DNA of 64,000 nucleotides, from assembly GCA_965204455.1 (NCBI GenBank), contig CBDBEO010000006.1, forward strand, positions 12,980 through 76,979. Direction: 5' to 3'. The stretch is from an uncultured Candidatus Binatia bacterium (GTDB lineage Bacteria; Desulfobacterota; Binatia; Bin18). Below, piece after piece: positions 9,658 to 18,368 of this stretch. Each line of letters begins with the position of its first letter. Position 1 is the first letter of the stretch. A program made the position numbers and the translations under genes. Under the pieces are notes generated by a model that searched no databases, had not been told where the DNA came from, and saw only the letters and a program-made list of their open reading frames with translations.

Positions 9658-10788
9658 ATGCGCGCTGGGATTATCCAACGAGAGACGCCTAAAGGCATCT
9701 GGAGGGTAGGGTACTTCGTCTGTAGAATTACTCAATGCATCTGTAAAATCATTAAATGTCTGATAATTCCAATTTCAATCTTGATAGTCCTTCTTCTCCT
9801 TGCCCTCGAAATGTGCAAAGACCGCGCGAGTATTGAGCCGCTTCGAGTGCCGGATAAGTTCACAAAGAGAGGGTACACCTCTCATGTGGCGGCACAGCAT
9901 CTCATTGCGAATATTCTTAAAATTCAAGAAGACGCTGGCACGACCATGGAGAGAGCAGAGCTGGAGAGCGATTGGTCTGCGCCGGACTTCGTCCTTCCGG
10001 CCGCGGATGTGTCGATCAGGGCAACTGCCGAGTATCTGCGCCATCTGTTCGGGAAGCCATTTCCTGTAGTGACAGGTGCATTGTTGGCAACGGAAAAAGA
10101 GGGGACCGTCTGGCTACGCCTACAGGTCGATGGAAAGGAAGTCGCTGACATCTGCGAAAAAGATCAGCAAGCGGCGATGGATCGCTTGTTCGAGAAGGGC
10201 GCCCGTGAAGTCGTCAAAGCCACCGAACCATACATCCTCGCTTCGTATTATCATGCCAAAAAAGAGCGGAAAAAGGCCGAGGAAGTGATACGTTTTATCT
10301 TTAGAAAACACCCCGGCACTGATGACGAAGTTCGGGCAATCAATCTGCAAGGCATCTTACTTGGTAAAGAAGGGAAGTGGGGTGAGGCTATAGAAAAATA
10401 CGAGGAAGCCATCAAAATTGACAAGAAATTTGATCCGGCGTACAACAATTGGGGTTTCGCGCTTTCCAAAAAGGGTAAGTACAAAGAAGCGATCAAGAAA
10501 TACGAGAAAGCCATTGAAATTAACGGCGAATCTGCTCGGGCGTACAGTAACTGGGGTTTCGCGCTTTCCAAAAGCGACGATCCTGACGATCTTAAAGAAG
10601 CGATCAAGAAATACGAGAAGGCCGCGAGGCTCGATCCTACAAGGGCGTTGACATACTACAGGTGGGGCCTGGCGCTTCACAGCAAGGGTAAGTATCAAGA
10701 GGCGATCAAGAAATACGAGAAGGCCGCGAGGCTCGATCCCGAGAAATACAATTTTTTAATGGGTCGAGTGATACGCAAGATGATTTGA
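9658..10788 (+). CDS. Membrane-anchored TPR protein
   Basis: N-terminal hydrophobic helix; repeated AY.NWG.AL..KGKY.EAIKKYEKA units; lower GC than its flanks. Confidence 0.85.
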   Translation: MRAGIIQRETPKGIWRVGYFVCRITQCICKIIKCLIIPISILIVLLLLALEMCKDRASIEPLRVPDKFTKRGYTSHVAAQHLIANILKIQEDAGTTMERAELESDWSAPDFVLPAADVSIRATAEYLRHLFGKPFPVVTGALLATEKEGTVWLRLQVDGKEVADICEKDQQAAMDRLFEKGAREVVKATEPYILASYYHAKKERKKAEEVIRFIFRKHPGTDDEVRAINLQGILLGKEGKWGEAIEKYEEAIKIDKKFDPAYNNWGFALSKKGKYKEAIKKYEKAIEINGESARAYSNWGFALSKSDDPDDLKEAIKKYEKAARLDPTRALTYYRWGLALHSKGKYQEAIKKYEKAARLDPEKYNFLMGRVIRKMI

Positions 10789-11277
10789 CGCATGACTTGC
10801 TCCTGTCTGTCGCTCTATGACCTACCGATAGGCGAGGATACGGGATCATCAAAAACAGGGGGGCACGGACCCATCTCATTCGGAACCCTCATTTCCTGCT
10901 GAGCCTTCTGTCTCGCATTCCGCCAAGTCGGCAAGCAACTGCGTCACTTCCAGTTGGTCTACCGTCACAAAAGGCTGGCTGTAGGCTTGGCTTTCTGCCA
11001 GGTGGCGGAGGACAAACCCGCGCGGGTGATTGCGTCGCCACACATGATAGGTAGGGAGTTCTGAGCGGTAAGCCCGGCTCCACGGCCGCTTTCCAGACAA
11101 CAGTATAGAAGACCTCGCATGACACCCGATACCCGGTCCGGCTGTGATGCTGGGCGGCCAACGGCAGGCTATTGCGGGTGGAGGCTTTCCAGCCGCACGT
11201 GTCACAGACAGCTCACACATCCGGAACCGTGCTAAAGCTCGATTTGGTCCCGTAGGGGAAGAGGTCTGTTTTGTCCG

Positions 11278-11864
11278 TCATACTCCCGCCTCCACCATCC
11301 GGGCGTTGATAAGGTAGTCCGTCCACGGTGCTCCGGATAGATCAGCCGGCCAGCGGCGGCCGGACAGCAGGGCAATGATGTACTCGCGGTGTTGGATGAT
11401 ATGGCGGAGCTGGTTGAGCACCTCGGCGCTCAGCTGCCTCGTCTTCAATCCCTCGTCGAGATAGTCGTAGTTGTCCAGGATCAGACACACATACCGCTGT
11501 CGGCGCTGGGCGTCCTGCTCGATCTCGTCTAAGGTCAGGCTCAGAGTGCTGAACGGCCGCCCGCGAACAGCTCTTGCTTGGGGGCTATCGGTTGCGCGTC
11601 GGCGTCCACTTGGCGTACTCCCTCCACCAAGCACCGGGCGAGCTGGTAGCAGAAGATGAGATTACTCTCCCGCCACCGGGCGTCTTGGAGATCGGCCACC
11701 GCCACCGTGAACCGCTCGGCCAGCAGCGAGTGGAGTGCTGTAGGGTCCGGCTGGTGGCAGCCGGAGAGTAAGAGCGCCCCGGGCGGGCGGCGCTGCGCGA
11801 ACGGCTGCCGCACGTCATAGGTGACAAGGTGCTCCTCAATGGCGGCCATGATGCGGCTATCCAT
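11278..11864 (-). pseudogene. Fragmented STAND/AAA-type ATPase
   Basis: Two overlapping frames; Walker-B-like LILDNYD..LNQLRHIIQ; no Walker A. Confidence 0.45.
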
Positions 11865-12366
11865 GGGTCTGCCCCTCCCCGTTCATCAGCTCGACGACGG
11901 CCCATGTCACGCCGCGCTCGATCTCGCCAAGCCGGGTGGCTGTGGCCGCGGCCACCTTACGCTGGCCGGTGTGATGCACGGTGGCACACCACGGTGCCCG
12001 CGGCCGGTATAGCGGGTGGGTCACTGGCCGCCGGGGAAGCTCGTTCCGGCCGAGCCGATGGATCACCTCCCAGAGGGCCGCATCGACTTCGCTGTTGGTC
12101 CCCACGGCAAAGCTGACGAGATTTTTCTTTTCCCACCCGCGTCGCACGAAAAAGAGCGGTCCGGCGCTGTCCTGCGTGCCCGTCAGCTCAAAGGGGACAA
12201 AGGGAACGGGGAGGCGGAGCCAGGGAGGGTGGCCACCGGGCGGGCTGTTCAAGAGGCGTGCGACACGCGACCGGAGCACGCGCAGCGTCACCGGCCACCC
12301 CGCGTCTGAAGACTGAACGATCATCCGGCCGGTATTCGACGTGACGTGTAGCCTCCGTTGGCTCAT
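11857..12366 (-). CDS. Hypothetical protein (paralogous pieces at about 12480-12635 and 13600-14045)
   Basis: PWCATVHH..LGEIERGVTWAVVELM is shared with the 13487-14002 ORF; AGGAG RBS. Confidence 0.55.
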   Translation of the reverse strand: MSQRRLHVTSNTGRMIVQSSDAGWPVTLRVLRSRVARLLNSPPGGHPPWLRLPVPFVPFELTGTQDSAGPLFFVRRGWEKKNLVSFAVGTNSEVDAALWEVIHRLGRNELPRRPVTHPLYRPRAPWCATVHHTGQRKVAAATATRLGEIERGVTWAVVELMNGEGQTHG

Positions 12367-12699
12367 TATCTCACTCCTGCCCGGGTCTCGCGGGCGCTGC
12401 CCGCGGTGTGAGACAGCGCGATTTCCTTCCGTAGGGGAAGCGGGCGGTCTGGGTGGTCATGGTGGCGTCCTTGTGGAGAGGCAGGCCCGAGATCCGGCGT
12501 GAGCCAACAGCTCGCGGCCAGCCGGGATCGGCTCACTGGTCGCCCTTTCCGTGCATGATGTCTACCACGGCCCACGCCACCCCCCGCTCCAGCGCGCCGA
12601 GCTGGGCGGCCGTGGTGGGGTCGTGCAGCCACTCGATGTGTCAACTTCAGTCCAGCCGCTCGCCCCGTCGCCAGGCCCAGGGCTGACCCCGCCGCAGGT

Positions 12700-13416
12700 C
12701 TAGCCGACCACCACGGACTGCTCCGCCGCACCCTCCAGGCTGCCCAGTTTCCAGACCCGCCGCGCCAGCTTGGAAGAGCCTCCCTCTTTGTGCGCCTCGG
12801 CACGCAACTCGTGCATCAGCGACTTCGCGTTCTCGAAGCATCTGATCGTCTCCGAGCCAAAGCCGAAGGTCGCTTTCGGACGCCGCCTCTGATCGTGGGC
12901 AAAGACCAGGCACCCCGTCACCCGCGTTCCAGGCGCCCAGGCCCGAACCCTCTCGACGTTGGTCGCAATACGCCGCAAGGTTTCCCGGAACTCCGACGTG
13001 GGAACGCGCCCGTGCTTCGTTTCGATCACCCATAGCCCGCGCGGCGTCGCCACCAGGTGGTCGATGTCCCCGACGCTGGCGATCTCCTCCACATGGTGCG
13101 CCACCGCGCACGCCTCCCGTGTCAGCGCGTACTCAATCGCTTGCCCGACCGTCTCCTCCGCCCGTGCGCCCTTCTTCATGTCCGTCACCCGCCAGCCACT
13201 CCGCGCCTTGTACAACGCGGCTCCGACGAAAGCCCCGCCGGGGAGCAACAGCACAAACCAGATGGTCCATCCGGCCCCAAAGCCTCCGACAAGCGTGGTC
13301 CAGAACGCCGCTGCGCCGCCGCACAGCCATCCCATACCCAGTGTCGCGTGGACCACGGTGTTAACCGCTCGGCCTAGAAGCCGGTCACGGAGCCATTCGC
13401 CCGGGTTTCGTCTCAT
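12700..13416 (-). CDS. NERD-domain nuclease-related protein with N-terminal TM helices
   Basis: KGARAEETV..GDIDHLVATPRGLWVIETKH; two hydrophobic segments. Confidence 0.85.
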   Translation of the reverse strand: MRRNPGEWLRDRLLGRAVNTVVHATLGMGWLCGGAAAFWTTLVGGFGAGWTIWFVLLLPGGAFVGAALYKARSGWRVTDMKKGARAEETVGQAIEYALTREACAVAHHVEEIASVGDIDHLVATPRGLWVIETKHGRVPTSEFRETLRRIATNVERVRAWAPGTRVTGCLVFAHDQRRRPKATFGFGSETIRCFENAKSLMHELRAEAHKEGGSSKLARRVWKLGSLEGAAEQSVVVG

Positions 13417-13599
13417 TTCGTCTCTCTCGATTCGTCCGCAACAACGTGCGGTCGTGGAGCGCAGTTTGTTGTTTTGGCGCACGACTCTACCGCAGCGCCA
13501 GCGGCAGGACAATCGGCCGCGGCGAGGCGAAGTCCAGGAGCCGCGCTAGCGGCTTAACACGGGAGCGGCGGGGACGTTGCGGGAACATGCCGCTCCTCC

Positions 13600-14045
13600 G
13601 CTTTACGTCCGTCAAGCGGCTTCCCAGACCCGCTCGCGGGCGGGCGGGAGCGGCTCGCTGGCCACCCTTCCCGTGCATCAGGTCTACCACGGCCCACGTC
13701 ACTCCCTGCTCCAGCGCGCCGAGTTGGGCGGCCGTAGTGGCGTCGTGCAGCCGCTCGGTGCGGTGATGCACGGTAACGCACCATGGCGCGCGGCGTTGCG
13801 GGTGGCTGAGCGGCCGCCTGGACAGCTCGCGGCGGCCGAGATGGTGGATCAACTCCCACAGGTCCGCGCCCGTGCCCCTCATCGGTCCCCACGGGAAAGC
13901 GGCCGAGGGCTTTCTTGTCTCCGCCCCACCACACCCAAAAGAGCGGGCCGTAGGCGTGTTCTCCTGGGTATTCAGCTCGAACGGGAAAAAGGGATCCGGC
14001 AAGCCGAGGCAAAGAGCCGAGCCGGTTCGTCTCCGTCTTCATGTC
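13600..14045 (-). pseudogene. Frameshifted paralog of 11857-12366
   Basis: FFPFEL..LWELIH.LGRREL..PWC.TVHH homology, with the N-terminus in another frame. Confidence 0.5.
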
Positions 14046-14202
14046 TGTTCGTGTCGAGTGCCACCCTCCCCTACTCCTCAAGGTTTTGGTGCTCAACGAA
14101 GACGGAGTACGAGTAGGAGTCTCTGAGGCCGTCCGAGAAGATGACATTGGCAATCTCGACTTCGTAGAGCGTATCGGACTCTTTGCGGCCCGATCAGCGC
14201 AA

Positions 14203-15423
14203 TCAGTGGCTTCTGGGTAGGCTATCTTCCCCGACATCACCGGGAGTGCTTGCAGAAACCGCCAACACTGCCCGCGCCGCGTCAATCCGGGCCTGGACAA
14301 GAATTGCTTGATGCTTGTCCGGTCCGACCTGGGCGAGCATCGGTCGCATTTTCTCCAATTCCTCCTCGGCCCGGCGGTCGATTTCCCGACGCTGGTCCTC
14401 GGGTGCGGCCATATACTGCCGTAAGACTTCGTCCTCCTCCTGCTGGATTGCCGGGATGGGCCGGTCGGCCTGGGAGGCGGCCGCCCGCCCTGGTTTTGCC
14501 CCCTGCCCTCTCGTCACTTGCGCCTCAATGTCGCGCGCCGTAACCAGCGGCGCGCCGTTTTTCTCGAACGCAGCCTTGAGCCAGGCATTCGCATTGCGGA
14601 TAACCGTCTTGCCTTCCTTGGCCTGCTCGACCGCCCGCAACAACGACAGACGAAAAGTCGTCTTGTCCATCTCTGGATAGGCGTCGGCAATAGCAATGAG
14701 CGTTGCTTCCCGAATCTTCCACTCTTTCGGACATATTCCTAATAGTTGCGATACGTCTGTAGTTTGTATGTATGTATTCTTCTTACATACATACATACGG
14801 GGGGGGTTGGTCCTAAGCGCTTGGGACCGACGGTTAGGGGTAAGTCCTAAGCGTTTGACAATGCCGCGCGCCTCATTCAGCGTCCCTTTTCGGACCGGAA
14901 TCGTTGTTTCAAGCTCAACCTGAAAGCCCTGAACATCGGCGGTTCTGACGGCCGTTGTTCGCAGAATACCGACCTGCTTGAGCATGCGAATTGCCTTTTT
15001 AACCCCTTCAATAGAGGCTCCGAGCTGTTTGGCGATATGTCGGACCGAGATAATTCCCTGGCTGGCGGCAACCCCCTCAAGGAGCTGTTGGACCTCCCAT
15101 TGCAGGGGAGCTAGTAAGATGGCTTTTCCTTGTTGAGAAGAGGCTCCGGACCGACCGTCAGTCCCAAGCTTGTTTTTGGTGTCGGAAGGACCGACCGTTG
15201 GTCCTAAGGACTTACCCCTAGCCCCTAGTCCTTGCTCCGGACCGACCGTTGGTCCTAAGGACCTACCCTCAGCACTCTGATCTGCGGAATCGTCGGGATC
15301 CTCTTCCTGGGTCGGAGGGACGCCGACAAGGGACAAAAGCCGCTCTCGCCGGCGGGGCGCCGGGCGGTCGAACTGGTCTTTCCAGCGGTCTTGATCGGAC
15401 CGTTTTTTACGCAGCGCTGTCAT
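14203..15423 (-). CDS. wHTH protein downstream of ParA with DNA repeats inside its gene (replication or partition protein)
   Basis: SVRHIAKQLGASIEGVKKAIRMLKQVG HTH; RNANAWLKAAF C-terminal motif; SLGPTVGP peptide repeats produced by DNA repeats. Confidence 0.65.
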   Translation of the reverse strand: MTALRKKRSDQDRWKDQFDRPAPRRRERLLSLVGVPPTQEEDPDDSADQSAEGRSLGPTVGPEQGLGARGKSLGPTVGPSDTKNKLGTDGRSGASSQQGKAILLAPLQWEVQQLLEGVAASQGIISVRHIAKQLGASIEGVKKAIRMLKQVGILRTTAVRTADVQGFQVELETTIPVRKGTLNEARGIVKRLGLTPNRRSQALRTNPPRMYVCKKNTYIQTTDVSQLLGICPKEWKIREATLIAIADAYPEMDKTTFRLSLLRAVEQAKEGKTVIRNANAWLKAAFEKNGAPLVTARDIEAQVTRGQGAKPGRAAASQADRPIPAIQQEEDEVLRQYMAAPEDQRREIDRRAEEELEKMRPMLAQVGPDKHQAILVQARIDAARAVLAVSASTPGDVGEDSLPRSH

Positions 15424-16249
15424 GAGCCTGCCCACCCTCAGTCTCAGCCGCAGACTCATGGACGAGGGGCTCCAGGCCCAGGCGGCTCAAGACTTCCCTC
15501 CCCAGCGCCATGAAATCCCGGGCTGGCGTGCTTTTTCTGTCATGTTGGAAGATTGACTTTCCCTCCGCGATCGTCTCTTCGAGCTTGACCGAGGGGCTGA
15601 TGGTCGCATGGAAGGCTTTCGGGCCGAATTTCTGTTGAACACTGCTGAACATCGCCCGATGAATCTTTTTGCGGCCGTCGTGCATATTGAGCAAGACCCC
15701 GAGAATGTCCAGGTCTTCGTTGTAGGCCTGGATCTCGCTGATCAGGTTTTCCACCAGGTCAAAGCCGTCAAAGCTGAATCGGGAGCCTGAGGCAAACGGG
15801 ATCAGACAATACCGTGAGGCAACCAGCGCATTCACCGTCAAATAGGACAGGGAAGGAGGGCAGTCGATCAGGATAATGTGATCGTCCTCCAGGGACATTT
15901 TCCTGAGGCATTGCCGCAGGGTCAGCTCCGCGAATGCTTTGCTGCCCATCTCCCGCTCAAGAGCGGTCAGGCGGATGTCCCCGTAGATCAGTGAAACGCC
16001 GGGCTCGGACGTGGGATACCACGGCGTATAGAGCCCGTCCTCTATATCGCCGCGTAAGATCGTGTTGGCGGTCCAGCGCACCTCGCTGGGATGTTGGAGC
16101 CCGAGGCACAAAGACAGGTTCGCCTGGGGGTCCATGTCAATGGTGAGCACGGGATAGCCCATCCGGGCCAGCGCCGCCGAAAGCTGAAAGACGGTGGTCG
16201 TCTTCCCAACCCCGCCTTTCTGGTTGAGGGTGCTGATGATATGCGCCAT
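15407..16249 (-). CDS. parA: ParA/Soj partition ATPase
   Basis: NQKGGVGKTT, DMDPQAN, IDCPPSL; GGAGG RBS. Confidence 0.95.
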   Translation of the reverse strand: MAHIISTLNQKGGVGKTTTVFQLSAALARMGYPVLTIDMDPQANLSLCLGLQHPSEVRWTANTILRGDIEDGLYTPWYPTSEPGVSLIYGDIRLTALEREMGSKAFAELTLRQCLRKMSLEDDHIILIDCPPSLSYLTVNALVASRYCLIPFASGSRFSFDGFDLVENLISEIQAYNEDLDILGVLLNMHDGRKKIHRAMFSSVQQKFGPKAFHATISPSVKLEETIAEGKSIFQHDRKSTPARDFMALGREVLSRLGLEPLVHESAAETEGGQAHDSAA

Positions 16250-16439
16250 GCCTCCTCCCATCTTCCGTGACCTTCCTGCGAAAAGGCAGTATAGCGGAAT
16301 CCTGTCGAAACTACAACGTCGCTTTGTCGGGGATGTCAGAGACGAACACCGTAGATGGAAACAGTCGTCTACGGCTCGGTCCGGCCGCGCTGATTCCTCC
16401 AGCTCTCCCTGATCGTTCTCCTGGTTCCCGGTTAAGAAA

Positions 16440-16720
16440 CGTCAGCAAACAGCAAAAAGGGTAGGTCCTAAGTAAAAGGGCTAAAATCGTTGAATTTTAT
16501 AGGGTAGGTCCTAAGTTAAATATTGAATATAATTATAGTTTACTTAGGACTAACCGTTAGTCCTAAGTAAAGTTCTGAGGATAGACGACCGATAGATGGG
16601 AAAAGCGTGCCGGGAACACGACCGATAGGCGGGTAAAAATCTTCTAAACAATTGATTTTATTGAATATTTTTGCTACTAATAATACGATAACGTTAATCT
16701 ATAAACGCGTTGATACGTAA
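16440..16720. promoter_or_regulatory. AT-rich parA/rep intergenic region: putative origin and operator
   Basis: Perfect palindrome TTTACTTAGGACTAAC-C-GTTAGTCCTAAGTAAA (16539-16571), two GGGTAGGTCCTAAGT half sites, two ACGACCGATAG direct repeats, AT-rich tract. Confidence 0.65.
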
Positions 16721-16876
16721 GACCGGAATTATCTTCCTTGTCGGCTTGGCTTGGGTCTCTTTTTTTGTGAGGAGAGCAGGCGGGTGAGCTGGAATAACAC
16801 GAATTGACTATACTCAATTTGAATTGTTCCAGGGGTAAACCTCCCTATCAACTTCGACAGACCAGCCTACTACGAA

Positions 16877-17989
16877 ATGGACTTGGCCGATTTCCCCTGG
16901 GCTCGTTTCGGACGACCGCAGCGAGCACGGCAAACACCCTCCCGCCTGGAGCCCCACACGTTCACCGATGTCATCAACAGTCCGGACGGTCCCCTGGAGC
17001 GGTTCTGGGAGGTTCATCCGCACCCCGAGTACGGTTTTCCGTCCGAGAGTACCCAGCGGCTGTTTCTGGTACTCCTCGACCTGTGGGCGGCCGAGGACTT
17101 TCGCCCCACCCCCATCATCTTTCACTCTCTCACCCACCTGTACCACCGGCTCGGCGGCCGGGGGAATTGTCCTCAGAACCGTGCGTTGCGTATTCATCGG
17201 GACCTGCAAATCCTCGAACGCCTCACGATTCACGGCAAAAACGCGTTCTGGAATCCGACCGTCCGCCGCTATGTGGATATCGACAACTTCAGACTCTTCA
17301 GCGCGGCCGTCTACGCCGCGCCCAGGCCCGCCCGTCAGGGGCTGTCCTCGCCTCGACAGGGGAGGGCGGGCTATCTGACCGTCACGCCCACACTCCAGGC
17401 CGTGGCCCAGGCCAAAATCTTCTCCACCTCAGTGCCGCTCTCCACGGCGCTGACCCTGACCGGCCAGGAGGCCAAGCTCGCCTTTCACCTGGCGAAGCGG
17501 TTCCGGTTCTACGAGGTCTACAAACGGCGGGTGGACGACCTCTGCAAAGTCATCCCGATTGAGGCCGCCCGGGCGGACCATCGTCGCCAGCGCCTGCGCG
17601 CGGCGTGCCGGGGACTCCAGTTGGCCGGATTCAGCCTGCTCCGGTCCTGGCGCCTCACCAAAAAGCGTAACACCTGGCTGGTCGAGTTCATCCGCTCCAC
17701 TCCGTCCGTCTCGGCATCCTACACGGCCGAAATGCAAACGCTGGAGGCCCTGATACTGGAAGCGGGCGGCGATAGAAAATCGCTCGGCTACTGGCGGATG
17801 TGTATCCGCGCGCTGGGCAGCCAACTGATGTATCGGGCGGTCAGTGAGGCCAGGCTGTTTTGCCGGGAGACCCCGGGGGCGCACTTTCCCCGCGTGTTGA
17901 CGAGTCGCTGCGAGGCGATCGCGAAGGAGGTCGGCGTAGCCATCAATCCGCGGCGGCGGCCGAAAACGGTCCACACGGACAGGGCCTAG
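16877..17989 (+). CDS. Plasmid replication initiator (RepA/TrfA-like)
   Basis: MDLADFPW N-terminal motif, GFPS..TQRLFLVLL and wHTH-like pattern; divergent from parA across an AT-rich region. Confidence 0.65.
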   Translation: MDLADFPWARFGRPQRARQTPSRLEPHTFTDVINSPDGPLERFWEVHPHPEYGFPSESTQRLFLVLLDLWAAEDFRPTPIIFHSLTHLYHRLGGRGNCPQNRALRIHRDLQILERLTIHGKNAFWNPTVRRYVDIDNFRLFSAAVYAAPRPARQGLSSPRQGRAGYLTVTPTLQAVAQAKIFSTSVPLSTALTLTGQEAKLAFHLAKRFRFYEVYKRRVDDLCKVIPIEAARADHRRQRLRAACRGLQLAGFSLLRSWRLTKKRNTWLVEFIRSTPSVSASYTAEMQTLEALILEAGGDRKSLGYWRMCIRALGSQLMYRAVSEARLFCRETPGAHFPRVLTSRCEAIAKEVGVAINPRRRPKTVHTDRA

Positions 17990-18217
17990 CTACCAGCATG
18001 CACCGGGAAGCAGGAGAGGGCCGCCTCATTTTCCGTCTGTTCAATCGGTAGGAGGATTCGGCGGAATTACCGACTCTTGTTGTCGAATCTGAGAAGACTA
18101 TTTTCAACGATCTGACCTTCATGAGGTCCACTGGTCGCCTATATCCGACTCTCGGCTGACTGCGTGTGTGGCCCGCGTACTGGCCGAACACCATAGAGCA
18201 CTGGGCCGGTGAAGTTC

Positions 18218-18368
18218 TCAAGGCGCGGGATATTCACCCCCCCCCACCAGCGCCAGACCGGCCGCCGGTGGGGGGCTAAACCTTATTTCACCACGAAATC
18301 CTCCGCCCACAGCGGCGTGTCCGTCTCCACCGTCAAGCCGTCCGTCAGGGTGTAGACCATATAGCCAT
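18218..18368. repeat. Direct repeat (about 150 bp) of 21008-21150
   Basis: TCAAGGCGCG.GATATTCACCCCCCC and CACCACGAAATCCTCCGCC.ACAGCGGCGTGTCCGTCTCCACCGTCAAGCCG occur in both copies. Confidence 0.9.

Noticed and set aside
10380-10745. DNA repeats GCGATCAAGAAATACGAGAA as a DGR TR/VR pair
   Set aside because: They are in-frame TPR units; no reverse transcriptase and no adenine-specific variation seen.
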